From: an uncultured Gemmatimonadales bacterium
Lineage (GTDB): Bacteria; Gemmatimonadota; Gemmatimonadetes; Longimicrobiales; RSA9
Length of the DNA: 64,000 nt
Direction: 5' to 3'
Assembly (NCBI GenBank): GCA_963708135.1
Contig: OY970192.1
Span: 1,536,001-1,600,000, forward strand
The position numbers were made by a program, and so were the translations under genes. Shown here piece by piece: positions 1 through 8,321 of the stretch. The stretch's first letter is position 1. Each line of letters starts with the position of its first letter. Below the pieces are notes generated by a model that worked only from the letters and a program-made list of their open reading frames with translations, did not search any database and was not told the DNA's origin.

Positions 1-364
1 TCACGTGCCCGCGGCCGTCCTTCGACGTCTCCTTCGGCACCAGCAGGATGACCACGCCCGTGTTGCGCGCCCGGTCCCCCGGCTTGCCCGACTTGCCGAT
101 CTTCCACTGCCGGCCGATCTCGAGCGACACCTCGTCCAGCGGCCGCCCCTGCAGGTCCGGCAGGGTCACCACGACGATCTCGCCCCCGGACTTGGCGCGC
201 ACCTCCGCGATGATGCGCTCCATCGCCTGCTGGTCCGCCGCCGGGATCACCCCCGCGAAGTCGTTCACGTACCCGCGCGGCGCCGGCAGCTGGAGCTGCT
301 GCGCGGACGCGGCCGGGGCCGCGAGGGCGGGCAGAAGGGCGGCAAAGGCGAGCACGCGCTTCAT
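1..364 (-). CDS. TPM domain (YgcG-like) protein, N-terminal part, runs off the window edge
   Basis: Not in ORF track; manual translation from ATG 364: MKRVLAFAALLPALAAPAASAQQLQLPAPRGYVNDFAGVI...GGEIVVVTLPDL...IGRQWKIG...NTGVVILLV. Signal peptide plus the typical YVNDFA / W.IG / GVVILL TPM motifs. Confidence 0.85.
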   Translation of the reverse strand, partial: MKRVLAFAALLPALAAPAASAQQLQLPAPRGYVNDFAGVIPAADQQAMERIIAEVRAKSGGEIVVVTLPDLQGRPLDEVSLEIGRQWKIGKSGKPGDRARNTGVVILLVPKETSKDGRGHV

Positions 365-397
365 GGATCCACTTCGTTCGGGGAGCACCGTGGAGGG

Positions 398-425
398 AAT
401 GTAGCCGGGCGGTGGAGGGGGTCAA
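398..425 (-). promoter_or_regulatory. Putative sigma70 promoter of the TPM gene
   Basis: Minus strand TTGACC-16 nt-TACATT, 33 nt upstream of ATG 364. Confidence 0.5.
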
Positions 426-594
426 GCGGAGGGGCCGCCGGAGCGTGTGCGTCGCTATCTGCGACTTCGGCGGCGGAGGGGATCCTGCCGTGGCCCCGTT
501 CGCCCACGCGGGTGCCCCCATGAGCATCCCGTCGAGCCGGCCCGGCAAGTCCGGTTGCCTGGGTGGGATGCCGGGGCGGAGGCGGGCGGACGGC

Positions 595-625
595 CGCGGG
601 CGGCGCGTTCGGCTCGCCGCCCGCG
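595..625. terminator. GC hairpin downstream of the lipoprotein gene
   Basis: Perfect 11-bp inverted repeat CGCGGGCGGCG (595-605) / CGCCGCCCGCG (615-625); no clear U-tract. Confidence 0.4.
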
Positions 626-661
626 ACTTGCTGCGCCAGAATCGCTTTCAGGTCGAGGTCA

Positions 662-1339
662 CTATGAGGCGCCGAGGTGCGTCACATCGCTGCCCGCATA
701 CTGGCAGGTCACCGTGGGATTCCAGTCGCTGAAGACGCCGCTCGGGTTCTCCTGCCACACCCACGCGTGCAGCCCCCAGATGCCGAAGGCGTCGTTGTGG
801 TGGAAGGGGACACCGCCGAACAGGGTAGGCGCCGGATCGGTGGCCGGCACGAGCGTGTAGGGGATGATGTACTCGACGCCCACCAGCTGCATGCGCCCGT
901 TCTTCTGCGGCGCGTACATGAGCAGCTCGGGCTTGCGCGCGTCCGGCACGGGGTCGTTGATGTAGGTCGGGTTGCCGTAGTGGTAGCCCATGGTGCCGGC
1001 CGGCAGGTTGTCCATGCAGTTGGTGACCTCCACCGTCCAGCCCGCGTCCTGCGCCGCCTGGAAGTCGTGGAAGCGCGCCGTCACCTGCCGCAGCGCGGCC
1101 AGGTCGCGGTCCGCCGCGGCCGACCCGCCGCTGCTGCCCATGTCGAACGCCACCTGCCCGGCGGGGCCCCGCTGCGCCGCGGGCGCGTCGATCGGCTGGT
1201 CGCACGCGGCCGCCAGCAGGAGCGCCAGCGCGCCGGCCGCTCCGGCCCGCGCGATCCGCCCGGCCGCTGCGCCCGCCCGGCCGCTGCCCCCCGCGCGCCG
1301 CCCCGCGGCCGTCTCCCGATCCAGCATTCTCGATTCCAT
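662..1339 (-). CDS. Predicted lipoprotein of unknown function (C...MGYHY...PELLMY...LVGVEY...LHAWVW...C)
   Basis: GGAGG RBS before ATG 1339; Arg-rich N-region, hydrophobic stretch and lipobox-like LLAAAC; globular domain with His/Met/Cys residues. Confidence 0.7.
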   Translation of the reverse strand: MESRMLDRETAAGRRAGGSGRAGAAAGRIARAGAAGALALLLAAACDQPIDAPAAQRGPAGQVAFDMGSSGGSAAADRDLAALRQVTARFHDFQAAQDAGWTVEVTNCMDNLPAGTMGYHYGNPTYINDPVPDARKPELLMYAPQKNGRMQLVGVEYIIPYTLVPATDPAPTLFGGVPFHHNDAFGIWGLHAWVWQENPSGVFSDWNPTVTCQYAGSDVTHLGAS

Positions 1340-1382
1340 CACAAGACCTCCCCATGGTTTGTGGTCGAGGGAAATGGCGAGC

Positions 1383-1751
1383 TCAACCGAGCGACACTGG
1401 CGCGGCACCTCCGGCGATCGCCTCCACGATTCGGGCGGCCCCGACGATGGTGACGCCGGGCGCGAGATCGGCATCGCTGATGCCGCGCGGCTTCGTGCAG
1501 GCGCCGCAGAGCCAGACCGCGCCACCGTTTTCAAGGAGCTCCACGATGAGATCGGTGAGCGGAGGCAGCCCTTCCGAGACGATGCCGTCGGCGCCGCCGC
1601 GCGTGCCCAGCCGTACGGCCTCGACCGTACACACCACGACCGCCTGCTGGCCGGCCGCCGCGGCGACGTTCGCGCCGACGAACGGGAGGGTCGCGCGCTC
1701 GGGGTCCTCCCCGCCATGCGTGCAGTTGAACAGGATGCGCTGGTTCATCAT
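1383..1751 (-). CDS. DsrE/DsrF-like family protein
   Basis: MMNQRILFNCTHGGEDPERATLPF...EAVRL...GGAVWLCGACTKPRG; about 122 aa with the DsrE-type CxxC; start overlaps the upstream stop. Confidence 0.8.
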   Translation of the reverse strand: MMNQRILFNCTHGGEDPERATLPFVGANVAAAAGQQAVVVCTVEAVRLGTRGGADGIVSEGLPPLTDLIVELLENGGAVWLCGACTKPRGISDADLAPGVTIVGAARIVEAIAGGAAPVSLG

Positions 1752-2377
1752 GGACTCTCCACGGTAATGGTGATGGATCCGTCGGGTGCGCTTGCGGTGC
1801 CGATGACGCGATGGCCGAGCAGGCGCGCGAGGGCGGGCAGGTCCTCTCGCGCGGCCGGGTCGCGCGTAGTCACCTCCAGCATCTCGCCCGGCATGAGAGC
1901 GTCCACCCGGCGCCGGAACTCGGCCGGCAGCCCGGTGCCGCACCCGAGGTCGCCGGCATCGAACCGGTGCACGCGCACGCCCTCCCGCGGGGCCGTAGCC
2001 TCGCCAGCCTCGCCGGCGGCGCGGAAGCCGGAGCAGACCAGGTGCATCCAGGTCACGAGCCCGCCGCCGAGCTCGCAGTACGCCTGCTGCTCGACCACGA
2101 AAGGCTGGCCGTCCTCCTCGCCGCTCAGGCGGTAGCCGAGGCGCCAGCGGTCCTGCACCTGGTCTACGGCGAAATCGAGGAGCTTCAAGCCGGCGAGCTC
2201 ACCGAACCACGTCCGGAACACGGCCGCGGCATCCTTCGCGCTGTCCGCGGTCCACAACCTTCCGGGCGCCAGCCCGCGGAACTCGATCGCGGGAGCGAGC
2301 CGCCGCTCGAGGCCGGCGTAGTCTCCGCCGACGAGGGTCTCGATCAGCCGTTCCAGTGTCTGTCGGGGGTCATGCAA
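1748..2377 (-). CDS. Fusion of a SnoaL/NTF2-like N-domain and a TusA/SirA-like sulfur-carrier C-domain
   Basis: TTG start 2377 with GGAGG upstream; N-part ...GDYAGLERRLAPAIEFRGLAP...MHLVCSGF; C-part FDAGDLGCGTGL...LMPGEMLEVTTRDPAAREDLPALARLLGHRV fits the TusA pattern. Confidence 0.7.
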   Translation of the reverse strand: MHDPRQTLERLIETLVGGDYAGLERRLAPAIEFRGLAPGRLWTADSAKDAAAVFRTWFGELAGLKLLDFAVDQVQDRWRLGYRLSGEEDGQPFVVEQQAYCELGGGLVTWMHLVCSGFRAAGEAGEATAPREGVRVHRFDAGDLGCGTGLPAEFRRRVDALMPGEMLEVTTRDPAAREDLPALARLLGHRVIGTASAPDGSITITVESP

Positions 2378-2494
2378 CTCTCGCCTCCGTGTGCTGGTCC
2401 GAGCACAGGATGGCGACGAAGGAGCGGCGGAGCGTGGGGGGACGCCCCCTATTTTTGGGCGAGCGCCCACCCAGATTGCGACCGGCGGCCGGGG

Positions 2495-5209
2495 CTATTC
2501 GTCGGCGACGTCGAGCCCGAGCGCCCTGGCGGCGGCGGGAGCATCACGCCGGCTCGCGCAGCCCAGCTTCCGCAGGACGGCCGACACATGGTGCTCCACG
2601 GTCCTGGGAGAGAGAAAGAGCCGGGTGGCGATGACCGGGTTGGTCAGCCCTTCCGCGAGCAGCGCCAGCACCTGCGCCTCGCGGCGGGTGAGTCCCGCGG
2701 GGTTTGCGCGCGTGGTCCGCCTCGCGCCGACAGGCACGCGGCGACCCTCCGCCCTCAGTCGGCCACGGAGCACGGCCGCCCGCCGCGTGGCGCCGACGCG
2801 GTCGAAGAAGCGCAGCGCCTCGGCCGCAGCGTTGTCGTCGCCATCCGCCAGGGCTTCCGCCCGGTGGTAGGCCGCGCCCAGCTCGTTCCACGCCGCCGCC
2901 GCCGCACGCCACGCGCCGGCGAGCGCCAGTCGGTACGGCTGCGCCGGTGCGATCTCGCGGGCGCGCGGGTTGGCCTGCCCGCCGGCGCCCGCGGCTGCGT
3001 CCCGCCACAGGCCGGCACGCCAGCGCCAGAACGCCAGCTCGCCGAACCACCACGGGTCTCCAGCCTCCGTGGCCAGCAGCAGCGCCCGGCCGGTCGCGGT
3101 GTCCACCGTCGCGGTGTCGCCTTCGAGCCACGCCAATTCCGCGAGCGCGGCTGCAACCGGGGCGATCCGCTGCATCTCACCGGTGGGATCCGCCCGTGCC
3201 CGCGCCTCGGCAAGAGTGTCCGCCGCACCAGCGTCGCCCCTCCGCGCCTGCAGCGTGCCGAGCGCGATCAGCGCGGGGATGTCGGTGACGCCCGCATGCT
3301 TGCGCTCCGAGAGCACGCCCCGCGCGTCCGATTCCGCGCCGGCCCAGTCGCCTCGCTCGAGCCGAACCTCCGCCCGCACGCCGGTCAGATACTGCGCATA
3401 GGCATCGAGGTCGTGGGCCCGAGCGTAGCTCAGGGCCCGCTCGAGCAGGGGTTCCCCCGTGCGCAGGTCGCGCCGGTCCACGATGCTGTAGGCGCGGTTC
3501 ACCAGCGCACGGGCCGCGTGGTCCTCCAGGCCGGCGGCATTCCCGATGGCGAACGCCTCCTCGAGCTGCTCGACCGCCTCCGGGGCCCCCGCGTTCAGGC
3601 CGACCGTCCCGACATTCGTGAGCGCGTGTGTGAGCGCCTCCTGGTCGCCGAGCGTGCGGGCGAGCGCGACCGCGCGACCGCCCCACTCCAGCGCCGGCTG
3701 GGCTCGCCGCGACAGCATGTGAAGCTGTGAGAGATTGCTGTACGCCATCGCCAGCTCATGCGACGGCGGGAGTGCCTCGAGCACGCGCACCGCAGCCTCG
3801 CCGGCCGCCTCCGCCTCCACCGGCTGTCCGGCCCACCAGTGAAGCCGCGAGAGCCACCTCTGCGCTGCGCCCACGCGCTCGGAGCGTCCGAGCGCTTGCC
3901 AGGCCGCGAGCGCGTCCGCCCGCGCGCGGATCGCGTCGGTGACGCGCGCGCAGAGGTACGCCTCGTACGAATAGCCCTCCAGCAGTTCGGCCCGGTCCTC
4001 GGGAGGCAGCGAGCCTGCGTGCGCCACGGCCTGCGCATAATACTGCAACGCTTCCCGGTGGGCGGCGGCGCGAGAGGCCTCGCGCGCGGCCGGCGGCGCG
4101 AAGCGCAGGACCGCGCCGTCGTCGTCGGCTGCGGCGGCGTGGTGGACGAGTCGAGCCAGGGGGACATCCCCAATGGTCTCGTGCCGTTCGGCGAGCGTGG
4201 CCAGGGTGCGCGCGTGGAGTGCGCGCCGGCGCAGCTCGCCGATCGACCCCTCCACCGCCCGGCGCGCGAGCTCGTGGCGGAACTCGACGGCCCGGCCGCT
4301 GACCCGCAGCAGGCCCGCCTGGACGCACTCGGGCAGCGCCTCGAGGTCGGCTCCGGAGTGCCGCAGAAGCTCCACCTCGGCGGAGCCCGGCACGACGGCG
4401 GCGAGCTCGAGAGCGGCGAGCCCGCTCGCCGACAGCCGGCGCACGCGGCTCAGCACGGCGTCGCGCACCGTCGCGGGAAGGCGCTCTCCGGGCGTCGCGA
4501 GCAACTCGTGGACGAAAAACGGATTCCCTCTGGTCAGTGCGTGCAGCCCCTCGGCACTCCGGCCGGCAACGCGGGCCAACTCCGCCACAGCGCCGGCGGA
4601 CAGCGGGGCGAGCGCGATTCGCGTCGTGACGCTCGGCGCGAAAGTGCCGAGGAAGGCTTCCAGCGCAGGGTTCGCGGCGAGCTCGTCGTCGCGGTATGTC
4701 AGGGCGAGCACCGCCGGCAAGGGGGCAACTCGCCGGCCGAGCAGCATGAGGACGTCGAGCGTGGCCTCGTCAGCCCAGTGGATGTCCTCGATCACCAGGA
4801 GCGAAGGAACGCGTGCGGCTTCCAGCGCATCCAGGAGAGCCGCGAAGATCGCGTCCGTCGATGCGCCGGCGAGGACCAGCGAGGAGAGGTCGCCCCCGAT
4901 CTGGCGGGCAAGGTCGCGAACGGGTCCCAGGACGCGAGGCGTGTGCAGGGGGTCGCAGGCACCCCAGAAGGCGCGCGCCCCGCGAGCCGACGCCGCAACG
5001 GCGTGGAGTAGCGTCGTCTTCCCGGCACCGGCCTCCCCGGCAACAAGGCACACACGCCCCGTTCCGGTCGCCGCCGATGCGAGGGCGGCTCTGAGCTGCT
5101 CGAGCGGCCCTTCGCGCTCGAGAAGCGGCTCGTCCGGCGGGGAAGGAGGCGTCCCCTGCCCTGCCGCGACCGTCGCGCGGGGATTGGAGGACCGTGGTTC
5201 TGTCGGCAT
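2495..5209 (-). CDS. Large ATP-binding LuxR-family (LAL/MalT-like) transcriptional regulator
   Basis: Walker A GEAGAGKT, Walker B LLVIEDIHWAD, GNPFFV motif, helical TPR-like middle, C-terminal HTH GLTRREAQVLALLAEGLTNPVIATRLFLSPRTVEHHVSAVLRKLG. Confidence 0.9.
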   Translation of the reverse strand: MPTEPRSSNPRATVAAGQGTPPSPPDEPLLEREGPLEQLRAALASAATGTGRVCLVAGEAGAGKTTLLHAVAASARGARAFWGACDPLHTPRVLGPVRDLARQIGGDLSSLVLAGASTDAIFAALLDALEAARVPSLLVIEDIHWADEATLDVLMLLGRRVAPLPAVLALTYRDDELAANPALEAFLGTFAPSVTTRIALAPLSAGAVAELARVAGRSAEGLHALTRGNPFFVHELLATPGERLPATVRDAVLSRVRRLSASGLAALELAAVVPGSAEVELLRHSGADLEALPECVQAGLLRVSGRAVEFRHELARRAVEGSIGELRRRALHARTLATLAERHETIGDVPLARLVHHAAAADDDGAVLRFAPPAAREASRAAAHREALQYYAQAVAHAGSLPPEDRAELLEGYSYEAYLCARVTDAIRARADALAAWQALGRSERVGAAQRWLSRLHWWAGQPVEAEAAGEAAVRVLEALPPSHELAMAYSNLSQLHMLSRRAQPALEWGGRAVALARTLGDQEALTHALTNVGTVGLNAGAPEAVEQLEEAFAIGNAAGLEDHAARALVNRAYSIVDRRDLRTGEPLLERALSYARAHDLDAYAQYLTGVRAEVRLERGDWAGAESDARGVLSERKHAGVTDIPALIALGTLQARRGDAGAADTLAEARARADPTGEMQRIAPVAAALAELAWLEGDTATVDTATGRALLLATEAGDPWWFGELAFWRWRAGLWRDAAAGAGGQANPRAREIAPAQPYRLALAGAWRAAAAAWNELGAAYHRAEALADGDDNAAAEALRFFDRVGATRRAAVLRGRLRAEGRRVPVGARRTTRANPAGLTRREAQVLALLAEGLTNPVIATRLFLSPRTVEHHVSAVLRKLGCASRRDAPAAARALGLDVADE

Positions 5210-5308
5210 AGGCTCTCCGGAAATGGCGCGTCTCCACCGGGCGGCCCGTCCTCCAGCCGCCACCCCTCTGCAGCAGAAGCGGCGCGCCCCATGGTCCTCG
5301 ATGCACGA

Positions 5309-5337
5309 CGCCCCGGCAGGGAATCCCTGCCGGGGCG
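5309..5337. terminator. 13-bp hairpin downstream of tRNA-Arg
   Basis: CGCCCCGGCAGGG-AAT-CCCTGCCGGGGCG, perfect inverted repeat; no U-tract. Confidence 0.5.
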
Positions 5338-5350
5338 CTCTCCTGCCCAG

Positions 5351-5426
5351 TGCCCCCGGCAGGACTCGAACCTGCGGCAGACGCGGTTTAGGAAACCGCC
5401 GCTCTATCCACCTGAGCTACGGGGGC
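5351..5426 (-). tRNA. tRNA-Arg(CCT)
   Basis: GCCCCCGTAGCTCAGGTGGATAGAGCGGCGGTTTCCTAAACCGCGTCTGCCGCAGGTTCGAGTCCTGCCGGGGGCA; cloverleaf, anticodon CCT; CCA not encoded. Confidence 0.95.
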
Positions 5427-5545
5427 ATAACACGTTCTAGGAGCACGCGTTGGGTCTGTCCGGGCGAGCCGCTCCCGTGCCACGCAACTCCATAATCTAC
5501 TCGACGGGGGCGACGAGTTCCACCCCGCCCGCAGCGCCGATACCG

Positions 5546-5575
5546 TTGACCCGCGCGGGCCCGGCAACGTACCGT
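5546..5575 (+). promoter_or_regulatory. Putative sigma70 promoter of the Vgb-like gene
   Basis: TTGACC-18 nt-TACCGT upstream of GGAGG and ATG 5622. Confidence 0.4.
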
Positions 5576-5621
5576 GAACGTCTCTCCGCCGCAGGGTTCC
5601 ACGACCTCCAGGGAGGTGCCC

Positions 5622-6614
5622 ATGCGTTCTCCCCACGCCGCCGCACTGCTCGCCGTCCTCGTCCTGGCCGCGGCGCCGGCCCCGCCGCTCGACGCCCCCT
5701 CGCCGCTCGCGATCCGCGAGTACGCGATTCCCCGCCCCGGCGCGTTCCCGCACGATCCGGCGGTCGGTCCCGACGGGGTCGTGTGGTACACGGACCAGGC
5801 CAACAGCTACATCGGGCGGCTCGACCCAGCCACGGGGCGGATCACCGACTACGCCACGCCGACGCCGAAGTCGGGACCGCACGGGCTGGTGGTCGGGCCG
5901 GGCGGCGCGGTGTGGTACACGGGGAACGCCGCGGGGCTGATCGGCCGGCTGGATCCGCGCACCGGGAAGATCACGGAGTACCGGATGCCGGAGGGCGTGC
6001 GGGACCCGCACACCCCGATCTTCCACGGCGGGATCCTGTGGTTCACGGCGCAACGCTCGAACATGTACGGCCGGCTGGACCCGCGTACGGGCGAGGTGAA
6101 GGTGTGGCCGGTGCCGACCGCGCGTGCGCTTCCGTACGGGATCGCCGCCGCCCCCGATGGAACGCTCTGGGTGGCCCTGCTGGGAACGAACAAGCTCGGC
6201 CGGATCGACCCGAAGACCGGAGTCATGACCGAGGTCGCGCTGCCCGACGCGGCGGCGCGGCCGCGCCGGCTGGCCGTCGACCCATCGGGCCGGGTCTGGT
6301 TCGCGGACTTCGGGGACTCGAAGCTCGGCGTGCTGGATCCGGCGAGCGGCGCCGTGCGCGAGATGGACACACCGGACCCCGTCGGCAAACCGTACGGGAT
6401 CGCGCTCGGCACGGACGGCAGGATCTGGTACAACGAGTCGTCGAAGGGGAAGATCGTCGCCTACGATCCGGCGAGCGGGAAGAGTGAGCTGCTCGCGATC
6501 CCTACGCCGGGCGCGATCGTGCGCAACATGGCGGTCAACGTGCCGCGCCACCGCATCTGGCTGGCGCTCAGCGGCACGGGCCGGATCGGCCGGATCGACC
6601 TGCCGGGGCGCTGA
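5622..6614 (+). CDS. Secreted Vgb-family (virginiamycin B lyase-like) beta-propeller protein
   Basis: GGAGG RBS; signal peptide; seven repeats of P..I..GPDG.VW.T....N.IGRLDP.TG. Confidence 0.85.
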   Translation: MRSPHAAALLAVLVLAAAPAPPLDAPSPLAIREYAIPRPGAFPHDPAVGPDGVVWYTDQANSYIGRLDPATGRITDYATPTPKSGPHGLVVGPGGAVWYTGNAAGLIGRLDPRTGKITEYRMPEGVRDPHTPIFHGGILWFTAQRSNMYGRLDPRTGEVKVWPVPTARALPYGIAAAPDGTLWVALLGTNKLGRIDPKTGVMTEVALPDAAARPRRLAVDPSGRVWFADFGDSKLGVLDPASGAVREMDTPDPVGKPYGIALGTDGRIWYNESSKGKIVAYDPASGKSELLAIPTPGAIVRNMAVNVPRHRIWLALSGTGRIGRIDLPGR

Positions 6615-6827
6615 GGCGGCGGCGCCCCACCAGGGCAAGAAGAAGGCGCGCGCGCTCGCGGCTCTTCCACCTCCCGCTCGGGGCCGCCGGGCGCCGCCCC
6701 GCCTCCGCCAGTCCCGCGGCGTGGAGATCCCTGGTCCGGCGAAGCACGTCGATATACCGGTCCAACTCCTTTCGCGACAACCGAATGCGGTGTATGACTC
6801 TGTGAGTCCATTCTCCCGGAGCGCGCC

Positions 6828-7271
6828 GTGCACGCCCCCTGTATCCTGCTGGTCAACGACAACGACAATGAGCGGGACATCTACGCCGCCATGCTGACGC
6901 ACTGCGGCGGCGAGGTCGTCGAGGCGAGGACGGCCGCTGAGGGGCGCGCCCTGGCGGAGCGGGTGCGGCCGGACCTTATCCTGCTGGATCTGCGGCTGCC
7001 GGACGAGTCAGGGCTGCGGCTGGCGGAGCGGCTGAAGGGCGACGAGGCGACGCGCCAGATCCCGATCGTGGCGATGTCGCTGTTCGATCCGCAGGCGGAG
7101 GAGATCCGGGCGGCGGGCTGCAATGCCTACCTGGCAAAGCCGTTCGATCCGATGAAGCTCATCGCGGAGGTGGGCCGGTTCGTGGCGCTGCCACGGCCGC
7201 TCGAGCCCCGAGCGGCCGATTCTCCACCTGCGGGCGGGATGCCGCCCGCGAGCTCGCCGCCTCAGTCGTAG
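6828..7271 (+). CDS. Stand-alone response regulator receiver (CheY/DivK-like)
   Basis: ILLVND, PDLILLDLRLP (phospho-Asp), IPIVAMS, YLAKPF; no output domain. Confidence 0.88.
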   Translation: MHAPCILLVNDNDNERDIYAAMLTHCGGEVVEARTAAEGRALAERVRPDLILLDLRLPDESGLRLAERLKGDEATRQIPIVAMSLFDPQAEEIRAAGCNAYLAKPFDPMKLIAEVGRFVALPRPLEPRAADSPPAGGMPPASSPPQS

Positions 7272-7801
7272 GCCACCAGCACGTCCACGGGAAGGCCCTG
7301 CAGGCGATCTCTCCCGTGCAGGAAGGAGAGCTCGAGCACGAACCCCAGCCCGACCACCTCCCCACCGAGGCCCTGGACCAGCCGGGCCGTGGCCGCGGCC
7401 GTCCCACCGGTGGCCAGCACGTCGTCCACGATGAGGACCCGGCTCCCCGCCTCCACCCCGTCCACGTGCGCCTCCAGGGAGTCAGTCCCGTACTCGAGGG
7501 CGTACTCCACCCGCTGCGTGGCGTAGGGCAGCTTGCCCGGCTTGCGGACCGGAACGAAGCCGCAGCCGAGCTCGACGGCGAGCGGCGCGGCGAAGAGGAA
7601 GCCGCGCGACTCGATGCCCACGACCGTATGTGCCTGCCGGTCCCTCAGGTCGGAGGCCATGGCCAGGATGACGTCGCGGTAGAGCACGGCGTCGGCCAGC
7701 AGCGGCGTGATGTCCTTGAAGCTGATGCCCGGCTTCGGGAAGTCCGCCACGTCGCGGATGCCCGCGCGGATTCGTGCCGCGAGCTCGCCGCGCTCAGCCA
7801 C
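7262..7801 (-). CDS. apt: Adenine phosphoribosyltransferase
   Basis: DFPKPGISFKDITPLL, GIESRGF, RKPGKLP, VLIVDDVLATGGT. Confidence 0.97.
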   Translation of the reverse strand: MAERGELAARIRAGIRDVADFPKPGISFKDITPLLADAVLYRDVILAMASDLRDRQAHTVVGIESRGFLFAAPLAVELGCGFVPVRKPGKLPYATQRVEYALEYGTDSLEAHVDGVEAGSRVLIVDDVLATGGTAAATARLVQGLGGEVVGLGFVLELSFLHGRDRLQGLPVDVLVAYD

Positions 7802-8219
7802 GTCGGCCGATCAGATAGCCCGCGAGCACGCCGCCGAGGAGCGCGTCCAGCGGATCGTCCTCCGAGGGATCGGCCAGCGCCGCCGCGCCGCCGGTCCGCA
7901 GCTTCGCCGCCAGCCGCTCCAGGCGGTCTGCCAGCGCTTCGATCTCGTGCGCGGCCACCGCGCCGGCGCCGTGAATCGAGGAAAGCGGCTCGTCGGGCAG
8001 GAAGAAGGCGTCTTCGGGGAAAGTGTCCCCGCCCGCCTCCGCGCCGGGAGCGGCCCGCTCGACGACAGCCTCCGGCGCGGCACGCCCGGGGAAGAAGGGC
8101 GGCAGCGGTCGTGAGTCCTCGGTCGCGGACTCCCTGCGCAGATCGGCGGACGTGCTCGTGACCGGAGGCATCGGCCGCTCGGAGGCGGATCCGGCGCCCG
8201 GGACGACGTCGCCTGGCAT
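7794..8219 (-). CDS. Hypothetical protein (Pro-rich N-part, helical C-part)
   Basis: GGAG before ATG 8219; overlaps the apt start; C-terminal ADRLERLAAKLR...LDALLGGVLAGYL. Confidence 0.6.
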   Translation of the reverse strand: MPGDVVPGAGSASERPMPPVTSTSADLRRESATEDSRPLPPFFPGRAAPEAVVERAAPGAEAGGDTFPEDAFFLPDEPLSSIHGAGAVAAHEIEALADRLERLAAKLRTGGAAALADPSEDDPLDALLGGVLAGYLIGRRG

Positions 8220-8321
8220 CGCTCTTTCTCCAGCGTTCGGTGAGCCGGGGGGATCGAACGGGGCGTGAGGCCGCAAGATAAACCCGCGGAGCGGGGCGCG
8301 AAAGACCGGGGCGAGCGCGGC

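Noticed and set aside
512..5363. Integrated element bounded by tRNA-Arg att repeats
   Set aside because: The only distal match is GTGCCCCC (8 bp, 512-519), which is chance-level; no integrase or transposase is present.
5468..5482. sigma54 promoter for tRNA-Arg (TGGCACG-N4-CGGC on the minus strand)
   Set aside because: The -12 element is poor and GG-N10-GC arises easily at this GC content; no other support.
5622..6614. Streptogramin B resistance gene (true vgb)
   Set aside because: It has a signal peptide, and the last blade reads VRNM instead of the catalytic EPHG-type motif; only the fold family is supported.
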